Part shown: positions 1-10,500 of the stretch, piece by piece | Position numbering within the stretch: the first letter of the stretch is position 1 | Layout of the letters: every line of letters starts with the position of its first letter | From: Sulfolobales archaeon | GTDB taxonomy: Archaea > Thermoproteota > Thermoprotei_A > Sulfolobales > NBVN01 | Assembly: GCA_038844925.1 (NCBI GenBank) | Contig: JAWBQY010000001.1 | Location: forward strand, 152,629 to 216,628 | Direction of reading: 5' to 3' | DNA: 64,000 nucleotides | Notes under the pieces: model-generated | Databases searched by the model: none | Seen by the model: only the letters and a program-made list of their open reading frames with translations | What the model was told of the DNA's origin: nothing | Position numbers and translations under genes: made by a program

Positions 1-158
1 AGAGGGAGGGTAGGAGGGTAGCTAAGGTCAACTCAATCAGGTGTAAGGGTTGTGGCGCATGTGCTGCTACATGTCCTTCAGGCGCTATGCAACAGAACTA
101 CTTCACAGACACCCAGATAATTTCTGAGGTCGTCTCACTTGCAGGGGGTGCTAAGTAA
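1..158 (+). CDS. hdrA: Heterodisulfide reductase subunit A-like protein, C-terminal fragment (5' end outside window)
   Basis: Frame 3 is open from the window edge to TAA 156-158. The translation ...NSIRCKGCGACAATCPSGAMQQNYFTDTQIISEV... carries a CxxCxxCxxxCP 4Fe-4S motif like the HdrA C-terminus. The stop overlaps the next ATG (TAATG) and the gene sits upstream of mvhDGA. Confidence 0.55.
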   Translation, partial: REGRRVAKVNSIRCKGCGACAATCPSGAMQQNYFTDTQIISEVVSLAGGAK

Positions 159-583
159 TGGACGACCAATTCGAGCCTAGGATAGTAGTATTCGCATGTA
201 ATTGGTGTTCGTACGCTGGTATTGACTTAGCTGGGACCTCAAGGATTAGATACCCACATAATGTTAGGATAGTTAAGGTTATGTGTTCTGGTAGGGTACA
301 CCCTGAAATGGTTCTTAAAGCATTGAGGGAGGGTGCTGACGGCGTCTTAATAACTGGTTGCCATCCAGGGGATTGCCATTATATCTCAGGTAATTATAAG
401 ACTATGAGGAGGTACTTACTCCTTAAGAAGCTTCTTAAGGAGTTAGGCCTTAGTGATAGGGTATGGCTTGAGTGGGTTTCAGCAAGTGAGGGTGATAGGT
501 GGGCTAAGATCGCTTCAGCTTTCGTCGAACACATACGTAAGTTAGGTCCTCTAAGGCTTAAGGAGGTGATGGAAGGTGAGTAA
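158..583 (+). CDS. mvhD: Methyl-viologen-reducing hydrogenase delta subunit (MvhD)
   Basis: 141 aa. IVVFACNWCSYAGIDLAG...MCSGRV...ITGCHPGDCHY matches the MvhD/FlpD cysteine pattern. The gene is translationally coupled on both sides. Confidence 0.9.
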   Translation: MDDQFEPRIVVFACNWCSYAGIDLAGTSRIRYPHNVRIVKVMCSGRVHPEMVLKALREGADGVLITGCHPGDCHYISGNYKTMRRYLLLKKLLKELGLSDRVWLEWVSASEGDRWAKIASAFVEHIRKLGPLRLKEVMEGE

Positions 584-1574
584 GAAGGTTAAAGTAGCAC
601 TGTACTGGTGTGCTAGTTGTGGTGGGTGTGAGGAAGCTATTGTAGACCTAGCTGAGGAGTTACTCAGGCTTAGCGAGGTCATCGACATAGTCTTCTGGCC
701 CGTCGCAACAGACTTTAAGAAATCTGATGTTGAGGCAATGCCTGATGGTAGTATCGACATCTCAATCATTAACGGCGGTATTAGGCTTACAGAGCATGAG
801 GAGATGGTAAAACTGCTTAGGAGGAAGTCGAAGCTGGTGGTAGCATTCGGCAGTTGCTCACATCTAGGAGGTGTTCCAGGACTCGCCAACCTCTTCAGTA
901 CGGATGAGGTATTAAAGTACGTATACTTTGAGTCACCAACAGTTGTTAACTCCGAGGGAGTTATACCTAGGGAGGAGGTCGTAGTTGATGATGGTAGGAA
1001 GCTCGAACTACCTAAGCTGTTGAGGTATGTGAGGTCTTTAGACCAAGTCGTAGATGTAGATTACTACATACCTGGCTGTGCGCCAACACCTGATGTGATT
1101 AAGAAGTCCTTAGAAACGTTATTAAGTGGTGTCTTACCGCCTAAGGGAAGCGTATTAGGAGCTAGTAGTAGGTCGCTATGCGATGAATGTGAGTTAAATA
1201 AGACTAAGCCTGAGAAGATACTACTTAAGGATATTAAGAGGGTGCATCAGGTCAGGTTAGACTTAAGTAAGTGCTACCTGTCTCAGGGCGTTATATGTTT
1301 AGGTCCTGTAACCAGGGGTGGTTGCGGGACGCTCTGCATTAAGGGAGGTATGCCGTGTACCGGGTGTTTCGGACCTTTAGACAAGGTCGTGGACTACGGT
1401 GCTAGAGCTCTCTCCTACATAGCTTCGATAGTGGACTACGACGATGAAGCTCAGGCTGAGAAGTTCGTTGAGGAGTACATAGTAGATCCCGTTGGATGGT
1501 TCTACAGGTATAGTCTTCCAAGGTCTTTAGTTAGAGGTAGGTATGAGGGTTTGAGAGGTGGTGCACATGGGTAG
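576..1574 (+). CDS. mvhG: [NiFe] hydrogenase small subunit, F420-non-reducing type (MvhG)
   Basis: 332 aa. It has N-terminal LYWCASCGGCEE and distal Cys clusters (GPVTRGGCGTLC, MPCTGC). The GTG start overlaps the mvhD stop by 8 nt. Confidence 0.85.
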   Translation: MSKKVKVALYWCASCGGCEEAIVDLAEELLRLSEVIDIVFWPVATDFKKSDVEAMPDGSIDISIINGGIRLTEHEEMVKLLRRKSKLVVAFGSCSHLGGVPGLANLFSTDEVLKYVYFESPTVVNSEGVIPREEVVVDDGRKLELPKLLRYVRSLDQVVDVDYYIPGCAPTPDVIKKSLETLLSGVLPPKGSVLGASSRSLCDECELNKTKPEKILLKDIKRVHQVRLDLSKCYLSQGVICLGPVTRGGCGTLCIKGGMPCTGCFGPLDKVVDYGARALSYIASIVDYDDEAQAEKFVEEYIVDPVGWFYRYSLPRSLVRGRYEGLRGGAHG

Positions 1575-3027
1575 GACCGTAATTATAGACCCTATAACTA
1601 GGTTAGAAGGTCATGGTAAGATAGCTATATTCTTAGATGATGAGGGTAACGTAGTTAATGCGTACTTACAGGTACCTGAGTTAAGAGGGTTTGAGAAATT
1701 CTTAGTTGGTAGGCCTGCTGAGGACGCCCCTCAAATTACGTCTAGGATATGCGGTGTATGCCCTACAGCCCACCATATGGCTGCTACTAAAGCGCTTGAC
1801 GACCTCTACGCTGTTGAACCCCCCTCACCTGCTAGGAAGGTTAGGGAGTTGGTTTACAATCTATTCATGTTTGAGGACCACGCACTACATTTCTACGTGT
1901 TGGGAGGCCCTGACTTCATAGTAGGTCCTAAGGCACCTAAGGCCGAGAGGAATGTCTTCGGGGTGTTGAAGAAAGTTGGCTCTGAGGTTGGTTTGAAGGT
2001 CATCAAGACTAGGAAGGCTGCTAGGGATATGATAACAGCAATTGCCGGTAAGGTTATTCACCCAGTATTCGGTTTGCCGGGCGGTATTGCTAAACCTGTT
2101 GATGAGAGTTTAAGGAGTAAGTTATTAGAAGTTGCTAATAGTCTCGTGGACTTCGCCTTATTCACCCGTAAGATATTTAAAGACTTAGTCCTCTCGAATA
2201 GGGAGTATCTCGACCTAATATTAAGTGATGCGTACACTCATAGAACCTACTATATGGGCTTAGTAGATAGTGCTAATAGGGTCAACTTCTACGACGGCAT
2301 GTTAAGAGTTGTAGATCCTAACGGTAGGGAATTCGCTAAATTCGACGTACATGACTACTTAGACCACATCGCAGAGCATGTTGAGCCTTGGACTTATGTT
2401 AGGTTTTCATACCTGAGGAAGGTTGGGTGGAAGGGCTTTGAAGACGGAGTTAATAGCGGTATATTCTCAGTCGCGCCGCTGGCTAGGCTGAACGTAGCTG
2501 ATGGTATGGCAACACCGTATGCGCAGGAAGCTTATGAGGAGATGGTCACGATGGTTGGAAGTAAGCCAATTCACCACACACTAGCCATGCACTGGGCTAG
2601 GGTTATAGAAATGATACAAGCAGCTGAGAAGGTTAAAGAACTAGCTGAAGACCCTGAAATCACAGATACTAACATCAGGAACATGCCTGAGAAGCCTAGA
2701 GGGGTTGGTATAGGGGTTGTAGAAGCACCCCGTGGAGTATTAATACACCACTACGAAACCGATGAAAAAGGCATTATAAAGAAGGCAAACCTACTCGTAG
2801 CAACACAACACAACTCAGCAAGAATATCACTATCAGTAAGTAAAGCAGCTAAGAGTCTAATAAAGAACGGCAACATAGACGAAGGACTGTTAAACATGGT
2901 TGAAATGGCTTACAGAGCCTACGACCCGTGCCACGCATGCGCAACACATAACCTACCTGGAGGGTTCAAACCAATAATACACATCTACGACATACGTGGA
3001 AACCTAATAAAAGTAATCAAACCCTAA
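1558..3027 (+). CDS. mvhA: [NiFe] hydrogenase large subunit, F420-non-reducing type (MvhA)
   Basis: 489 aa. Motifs are RLEGHG, RICGVCPTAHH and C-terminal DPCHACATH, followed by a tail of about 25 aa of the kind cleaved during maturation. ATG 1567 is an equally plausible start. Confidence 0.9.
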   Translation: MVHMGRTVIIDPITRLEGHGKIAIFLDDEGNVVNAYLQVPELRGFEKFLVGRPAEDAPQITSRICGVCPTAHHMAATKALDDLYAVEPPSPARKVRELVYNLFMFEDHALHFYVLGGPDFIVGPKAPKAERNVFGVLKKVGSEVGLKVIKTRKAARDMITAIAGKVIHPVFGLPGGIAKPVDESLRSKLLEVANSLVDFALFTRKIFKDLVLSNREYLDLILSDAYTHRTYYMGLVDSANRVNFYDGMLRVVDPNGREFAKFDVHDYLDHIAEHVEPWTYVRFSYLRKVGWKGFEDGVNSGIFSVAPLARLNVADGMATPYAQEAYEEMVTMVGSKPIHHTLAMHWARVIEMIQAAEKVKELAEDPEITDTNIRNMPEKPRGVGIGVVEAPRGVLIHHYETDEKGIIKKANLLVATQHNSARISLSVSKAAKSLIKNGNIDEGLLNMVEMAYRAYDPCHACATHNLPGGFKPIIHIYDIRGNLIKVIKP

Positions 3028-3480
3028 CCAACATTACTAAACGATAGTCTCACCATGAAATCAAAAAATTAAGTATGATTTTATACCTCGAAACATTTAA
3101 TCCCCTCCAATAAGGAAAAATGAGCCTTCCAATCAATAAAAAATATTAGTAAATGAGCATTAACTTACACCTCACTTAAGCCCAATAACTTACTAAATAA
3201 CTAGTAGCGAGTAAGTAGGAATTCAAACCTAAGACCTCTGCTATATAAAGTCTTTGGACTGAAACTAGACTTCAAGGAAAATTACTAGGTATTAAGCGAG
3301 CTGCATAGCGCTACATATAGTGATGGTAAATCCTTACTATAGAATTCATGCATTAATATAAAGAAGTTAGGAGCTATGGTTAGTGGTTACAACACTAAGA
3401 ACTCATTAAATCGCAATATGACACGCCATCAGACCAATAAAACAAACAAGGATTATGATGCAAATAAATATAATAACCTA

Positions 3481-3526
3481 GTTACAACCTGAAAGCCTCG
3501 TCCTTTAGGGCGGGGAGGAGGTCAGA
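3481..3526. repeat. Left copy of a perfect 46-bp inverted repeat (GTTACAACCTGAAAGCCTCGTCCTTTAGGGCGGGGAGGAGGTCAGA)
   Basis: It is the exact reverse complement of 7501-7546, checked base by base. Its last 5 nt overlap the csl4 stop codon. Confidence 0.95.
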
Positions 3527-4109
3527 CTTTAATTACTGCGTAACTAGTACTTAGCTTCCGTTTCTCAGTATTACCGCACTTAAAGCATTTGAGGGTGTCT
3601 GACTGATATTTCCTCATAGGTGAGCCGCATATGGTGCAATAAGCCATTACCACACCTAATTTCTGTTCCTTAATTGTTATGCTGTAGGGTGTTGTATCAT
3701 TTAACACCTTAGCCTTTACTATATCCCCAACTGCTAGGACATCGTAGAAGTTTCTAACATATCCCTCCTGGACTTGAGTTATGTGTAGTAGGCCGGTGAA
3801 TGGATTATCATATCTCCTCCCCAACTCATTCGCAAATATTTTAATTACTGCTAACTCTTCATAGAGTATTGTAACTAATCCGTATACTATATTACCCTTC
3901 GAAAGTAGTTGCGGGGTTTTAACACATGGCTTTACGCTAATAGTCCTCAACCTCAGATCAGGGCTTACCTTACCAACTACAGCAGCTCTTACAACACCTT
4001 CCTCTTCATAAACCCAACTACCCGGTAGGAATTCCTCTATGACGCAGAGCGCGGTGCCTGGAACGGCATCCATATTCATTAGTTCTTTCAACCTACTCAT
4101 CTTTACCAC
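3522..4109 (-). CDS. csl4: Exosome complex RNA-binding subunit Csl4
   Basis: 195 aa. It has an S1-like core and a C-terminal zinc ribbon (CTICGSPM...CFKCGNTEKRKLS), the typical archaeal Csl4 layout. Confidence 0.75.
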   Translation of the reverse strand: MVKMSRLKELMNMDAVPGTALCVIEEFLPGSWVYEEEGVVRAAVVGKVSPDLRLRTISVKPCVKTPQLLSKGNIVYGLVTILYEELAVIKIFANELGRRYDNPFTGLLHITQVQEGYVRNFYDVLAVGDIVKAKVLNDTTPYSITIKEQKLGVVMAYCTICGSPMRKYQSDTLKCFKCGNTEKRKLSTSYAVIKV

Positions 4110-4159
4110 CTCTTAACAGTAGGTTTAAGCGGTTTTAAAGGACAGGTATTAAAACGTTA

Positions 4160-5170
4160 TTACCAGGGGAAGATGTAATCACTAATGCTTTTTAATATCA
4201 TGAATGCCTCACCTGGCGTTAGAACCGGCTTCTCAAAGTCTTGTAGGTCGTCGATAGGTATTCTAGGACATGCCGTGATGACGTATGCCTCTACGTCCTT
4301 GCTATCTATATTTCTTAACGTTTCCTGATTTATAGTTGATGATCGGTACTCAAAGTATTTGAGACCTCTAGCTCTCAATGCATTTATTAATTCCTCCCTA
4401 ACACGGCTTCTAAACTGTCCTTCAACACCGTGGACTAAACACCAAGTAGCCGCATTTGAAGCCTCCATGACCTTACTGTAACGTATTCTTAAGTACTTCC
4501 ACACAACATCATCTAGTAGTCTTACCTCACCCCTATACGGGTCTACCTGAACCACGTGTTTTAACCCCTTAGTTACTATCCCAACTCCTAGTGGGTGGAA
4601 GAGACCGCCTGCAACTACTACGTAGCCGTCTGCTACGTCAACATGTCTTAATACATCGTTAAACCAGCACCCCATTACTACTGCATTGTCTAGATTGTTA
4701 AGGATTTTAATACTAGCATCTCTTAACTCCTCCTTCAAACGTCCTAAGTTTTTCTTATGTTGGTGGACTGTATATATAGCTACTTTATTAATGTTTAGCG
4801 ATTTTAGTAGCGTTATTAGCCTATTTATTAATTCCTTATTCAAAGTTAGAGTGCTTAGGAAGTCTGCAAATAATACCTTCCTAGGGATTTCCACGTCGTA
4901 CCCATATGGGTAGGGTTCGTGGCCGAAATGTATTGTTAGGTCGTACTGTGATATGAGGTTAGTATTAAGTATGCATGAACCGTAGGTTGGGTTAGCATCT
5001 ACTACGAATTCAACATCTCTTAGCGTGTTGGTTAGTTCTTCTAGTAGTTTGATTGAGTAGTGCTTGAATCCGTCTGGTAGTTGGATTAGTACTTTACGGG
5101 CATTAATACTTCGGACTTCCCTAACGATCTTATCTAGGTCGTAGGTATAGTACTTTTCTAACTCGTTCAT
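4160..5170 (-). CDS. dph2: Diphthamide synthesis protein Dph2 (2-(3-amino-3-carboxypropyl)histidine synthase)
   Basis: 336 aa. The N-terminal YDLDKIVREV...VLIQLPDGFKHY and the overall length fit archaeal Dph2. The start overlaps the rpl10e stop by 4 nt. Confidence 0.75.
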   Translation of the reverse strand: MNELEKYYTYDLDKIVREVRSINARKVLIQLPDGFKHYSIKLLEELTNTLRDVEFVVDANPTYGSCILNTNLISQYDLTIHFGHEPYPYGYDVEIPRKVLFADFLSTLTLNKELINRLITLLKSLNINKVAIYTVHQHKKNLGRLKEELRDASIKILNNLDNAVVMGCWFNDVLRHVDVADGYVVVAGGLFHPLGVGIVTKGLKHVVQVDPYRGEVRLLDDVVWKYLRIRYSKVMEASNAATWCLVHGVEGQFRSRVREELINALRARGLKYFEYRSSTINQETLRNIDSKDVEAYVITACPRIPIDDLQDFEKPVLTPGEAFMILKSISDYIFPW

Positions 5171-5688
5171 GACTTAGCTTCGCTTAAGCTCTCAATAACT
5201 ACTTCAGCCTTAATACCCATCTTAGAGAGCATCCTCCTCATAGCTTCCTTAGCATGTTGGACAAATCTATCAGGCACTCTAACCTCAGCAACTACATCAC
5301 CCTCGCAAATCCTAGCAGCAGTGCCTATAGGCCTCCCGAAAGATAGGCGCATCCCATCTTGAAGCCTATCAGCACCTGCGAAAGCCATCATCTTATTCTC
5401 CCTTAACACGTGATGGGGGTAAGACCTAATAATTAGTAAGTAGTTCTCATCACCAACATACTTGCTTAAGTACTTATGAGACATGACCCTAGCAGCCTCT
5501 AAGGCGTTATGCCTCACCTGAACATCTTCCTTAGAGATAAGCTTAACAGCAACATTAAAAACACCCTTAGTATTACCCATAACGAATTTCACTATCTTAG
5601 GCTGAGGAACACCACTTATATACTCCTTCCTAGTATATGGGGGTTTCTTAAGCTCCTTATAGCACCTACCAGGTCTTAGAGGCATCAC
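5167..5688 (-). CDS. rpl10e: 50S ribosomal protein L10e (uL16)
   Basis: 173 aa. The sequence MPLRPGRCYKELKKPPYTRKEYISGVPQPKIVKF is the characteristic L10e N-terminus. Confidence 0.9.
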   Translation of the reverse strand: MMPLRPGRCYKELKKPPYTRKEYISGVPQPKIVKFVMGNTKGVFNVAVKLISKEDVQVRHNALEAARVMSHKYLSKYVGDENYLLIIRSYPHHVLRENKMMAFAGADRLQDGMRLSFGRPIGTAARICEGDVVAEVRVPDRFVQHAKEAMRRMLSKMGIKAEVVIESLSEAKS

Positions 5689-6220
5689 CGCACACCTAAC
5701 ATAACCACCCTATCCTACAGACTCACAAATTATGTGAGGCGCAGACAGTTAATAAACTTTTCTTACAACCTAAACCAACCACACCGTCTAGGGGAGGCTT
5801 AACGAAATTGCTTTAGTGCTTCATAGACAGCCATCCTGTTTGTAGGGGGTTGGGAAGTCGGTTATGTAGAGGGGAGAGTAGTAGCGTAATAGTAACACAT
5901 GTTAGATTTAAGTCTTGAAGAGATTATGCATCGAAACGGCTGAAAACCCTAAACATCCTAGGCGGCATAGATCGAAGACCAGTTTAGGACTAGAAACAGG
6001 GGGATAAGGCAGTAACATCAACTAATATAAACCTGAAAGCAAACCCACCTTCTAACGCTCCTTATCATAATCTCAAATCATCGATCCTCTCAGACCTCTA
6101 CTAGGGAGGTCTGCCCAGCTCAGCATACTAGTGTATTTCCTTAAGGCTTTAAGGACTAGATATCTTGAGGATAGAATCATGCTTGAAGATTTATTAGGTT
6201 TGCTCTATGTTTTAATGATC

Positions 6221-6422
<202 letters not shown>

Positions 6423-7240
6423 AGTTACAACCCATCCATAAGTTTATGCTTTACTTTATTTAGGGGGTGGGTTATAATATTCCTCCAATATTCTCTTCTT
6501 CGGATTAGGATTAACATTCTATATACTGAAGCAACAATATATTTTTAGGTTAATTTCTATTTTGTTTTAGCTTTATTTTAATTTATTAATAAGTTCTTAA
6601 TCGAAAACTTCACGGTCATAAGATAAGTGTTTATAAAAACGTTAATTAACTCTTAGTATGGCATCTCCTCAAAATACTTTAAGAATATTTTTATGTACCT
6701 GATTAGTGAGATCCAAGTTATTTAAACTCCACACCCTCACTTCCTTCACAGCATCAGTTACTAAAATGAACTTCGCCTTTGATTTAGGATTTCTTCTTAA
6801 TTGGTCACTCGATTTTGACCTCAACCATAACTTATTCATCATCTACTGCTTCTATGTCACAATGTCTACTTCTTTAATTATTAGGATAATTGTCATATCC
6901 CTCTATAGTTTTATAGTCCATATTCATGAGCTAGTTCTCTTCTATTAAAAACTCGTGGAGTATTTTATGATATTTCCAGTTTACATTTAATCGCAATTCC
7001 CCAATTCTAACAACCCTTGCTAGTCTGGTTTCAGTAATTGTTAAACCTATTTACTGTCTTCTTACCCCTTATTTATAAGGGTAAGACTGTCTATTTTCCT
7101 TCTCCGGACTTAGCTTTAGTTCTCATATTAGTGTCGATTTTATTGAAGGGCTACCTACTGTCCTACCATAAAATACTACAAATAACCTAAGTAAATACAA
7201 TGACATGGTAGGTAGTATTACAAGTTACGAGTCATCACAT

Positions 7241-7262
7241 TTCATATGTATATACATATGAA
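7241..7262. repeat. Perfect 22-bp palindrome TTCATATGTATATACATATGAA
   Basis: Read directly from the sequence. It lies in the ORF-free AT-rich tract 6423-7500. Confidence 0.9.
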
Positions 7263-7500
7263 GCTCATCACAAATAAGGATGTACTAAATGCATATACAA
7301 ATTACGGAAATTACGGCTTCTTTAGTCTGACGGTCACGAAGATCATATTACAGTCTGGACTAAATTAACTAGACTTGTACGAACTTAATAGGAGTGAAAA
7401 CGAGTTCACTCTTAGAGTTCTATATGGTATAATGAAATAACATATGAAATTAGGTTTTAGTCTGACTTGATGATCCATAGACCTAGGATTAGAAGTAGTT

Positions 7501-7546
7501 TCTGACCTCCTCCCCGCCCTAAAGGACGAGGCTTTCAGGTTGTAAC
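7501..7546. repeat. Right copy of the perfect 46-bp inverted repeat
   Basis: It is the exact reverse complement of 3481-3526. It begins 29 nt downstream of the rgy stop codon (7575). Confidence 0.95.
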
Positions 7547-7574
7547 AAACCTAAGAGTACTTATTAAAACAAGC

Positions 7575-10500
7575 TTAACCAGAAAGCACGGCATCTAAGC
7601 CGTCAAACCCTCCTACTAAATCACTACTTAATGCTGTAACACCTCTAAGCCTTATGCGTATAACGTCGCTTAGTAATAACGCTAACGCTTCGTCCCTGCT
7701 TAACATATTACTCCTAACAGCTTCTAAGAGGTTTTCTACCTCCTTAGTCATTGCCTCACTAACTATTTCTGGGATATTCTCAGCAAGTAGGTCATACACT
7801 TCAATCCCAAGTTTAGTTGGGATTAAGAACATTCTCTTCTTAGACAGTATTAAATACCCATGCCTTATATTATTATCTACTGATTTAGCGTAAGTACTTG
7901 GCCTACCAATACCTCTACTCTTCATCATCTTAATCACACTACCCACATCAAGTAACCTAACCTCAGAACCCTTAACGACCTTCACATCTTGAGGCTGAAC
8001 TACTAGTACGTCCTGACATCCTAGTACGGGAACTATAGCTAAGTTACTGTAGACTTTAAGGAAGCCCTCCCTCAACACATGTACTGGTACCTCAACAGAT
8101 CTTTTAAAACCTCCGACTTCAGCAATGTATGAGTTAAACCTCACCTCAGCTTCGCACATCTGACTAGATATAAACCTATTGAATATGAGGTTATATAACC
8201 TGAAATGATTTCCAGTAAGTCTCATGTAGAGTTCGTTAATTGCGTAGTTGTAGAGTTCACTAGCATCTATAGGTCTAGTAGGTCTGATACATTCATGCGT
8301 TCCGACCTCACCCCAGGACCTAGGCTTAAATAATGCCTGCAAATCCTTCTTAGTTAGGTACTCTCTAGCTACTTCAATACCAGTACTAGACACGTGGGTT
8401 GAGTCCGTCCTATGATACGTTATGAGTCCTAACTCAAATAAGTCCTGAGCTAACTTCATAATAGTAGTTGCTGGCAACTTTAAAATGTTGGAAGCCTCTA
8501 CGAGTAGTTCATCAGTGGTGAGGGGAGGCTTCGGCTGAAGTATTCTAACATCATCGTAAATCCTTACAAGCTTAACCCCATTCCTTCTTACATCTTCAGC
8601 AAGCTTAAGCGCTTCATCTCTAACCTTTAGAAATATGGTGAGGTAGTACTTGTCGAATAGCTTTATAACGACGTTATAGCCTCTACCATCAACATACTTC
8701 CTATAATTATTGACAACCCAGCTAAGGACAGGTGTTTGAACCCTACCACCGCCGAGCCAGTACTTATTAAAGTATTTCTTAAGGATGTTACTTACTTCAA
8801 AACCTACTAACCTATCGTCAACCCTTCTAACTACTTGAGCGCTAACCCTGGATAAGTCTATATCCCTAGAACTCTTAATAGCCCCTATTAAGGCCTTCCT
8901 CGTTACCTCATGAAACTCCACCCTCCTAATATCACGTGCGAATGGTGTAACGGCTAGGAATACGTCGTAAGCTATCTTCTCACCCTCATCATCCGGGTCG
9001 GTAGCTATGAATACAGTATCAACCTCCTGTGCTAACTTCCTTAAGATGTCAATCACCTTGATACTGTCCCTCAGCCTCGGCGAACCACATCTAGGACACT
9101 CCCCAACCTTACTGGTAAACTGGTACCCACAATCAAAACACTTCTTAATAGATGTGTATACAGGTATTAAGCCACTAGAGTCTAACCTAATACCGTGTAG
9201 ACCTTCATCAACTATTAAATCAGTTATATGTCCAAATGTAGAAGCTATGGATGCTACGTAGACCTTATCGTCAACCGGGATTACCGTCTCATACACTACG
9301 TACTCACCTAAATACCTCCGTCCAGGACGTCCAAACATAGATGCTATTGTCTTAGCCTTAGTCGGCGATTCAACAACTACTAAAGCAGACTTCACGCTAG
9401 TGTTAATTGATGAGGAAGTACCTAATCTAACACTCCTACTCTCAACCTGCTTCTTCTTAACCTCATCTAGGTCAACCCTCCTTAAATCCGTGATATTAGC
9501 TGTAGGGACGTAATTCCTCAACTTCCTGATAAATATGTTTAGCAAATCTAAATCATCAACTAACAGTACTGAGAGACCTAAAGTCATCAACCCATTGTAC
9601 AGCCTACTGCTACGACCTGAAGCCTGAATATAAGTCATAATATCTGGAGACCAAACCACTACCCTACCATTCCTATACTTAAGTATGTAATCACCGAGTA
9701 CTAGCTTAGGATTACTACGTAGGTAGTCGCTAATGACCTCCTTAACGACCTTCGAGGCGTTAAGCACCTCCTCCTTAAGCTCTAGTAACTGGCCGTCGAC
9801 CTCTATTAAATCCCTTAAGGCGTAGGTAAGGGCTTTAAACTTCTTCGGCGGTAGGTTCCTTAACTTACGTATTAAGTCTTCAGAGACTGTAAAGCCTGAG
9901 CCTAGCTTAGATAACTCCGTGCTTATGTAGACGAACGTCCTAGGGTTTAACAACATGTTATCCAGGTAGAACTCATTCTTAGGTATGCCTACGAACACTG
10001 TATTGTAAACCCTTAGGGGTTCGTCTAAACCTCTGGTAAGTATTCCGTAGTATGTAGCTACCCCTACTACTACGTCAACCACGCCTTCTCTAAACATATC
10101 TAAAACCCTCCTTGAGGTAGCGGTTGCGGCCTTAAACCCCCATTCCTTTAAAGTACTTACTAACCGCTTAGAGTGATTCAACCCTAAGTCCTTACTCACG
10201 AAGATTAAAGTACCTCCAACTAATTTAGAGAGTAGCTCTTTAAGCACTTCATCGTTAAACTCGCTGTAGACCTCCACTAAATTCCTTAGGTAGTCGCTAA
10301 TAGCTCCGACCTCGAAGCCTAATAGCTCTCTAAGAATTTTAACCCTCTCACCCCTACCCCTACCAGTAGCGCTAGCGATTAGTAGCTGGCCTAAGTTGCT
10401 GTAGTTTATAGATTTAACTAAGCTTAAACTGCTCTGAAATAATTCTTCCCTAAGCCTACTGACTAATTCATCATTACCTGAGTACCTTGCAAACGCTAAC

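Noticed and set aside
3448-3526. The 46-bp inverted repeat and its flank as a C/D box sRNA (ATGATGC ... CCTGA), a split-tRNA half or a CRISPR-like repeat.
   Set aside because: The C-like box is imperfect and only 27 nt from the CTGA, with no internal boxes. The right-hand copy has no C box in the equivalent place. There are no tRNA arm motifs (no T-loop or D-loop sequence). There are only two or three copies, not an array with spacers.
6706-6948. An 80-aa ORF in the AT-rich tract. Also ORFs at 11356-11592, 11541-11723, 27448-27630 and 47557-47766.
   Set aside because: They are low-complexity products from AT-rich or repeat DNA. ORF 47557-47766 runs across the tRNA-Asp gene. None has a plausible promoter and start context or any motif.
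6430-7500. Possible replication origin (AT-rich, palindromes, a TTTCCAGTTTACA sequence vaguely like a mini-ORB).
   Set aside because: There are no repeated ORB-like elements and no orc1/cdc6 gene nearby. The single ORB-like string is a poor match to the consensus as I remember it. Decayed element DNA explains the tract more simply. It is kept only as an alternative within a finding.
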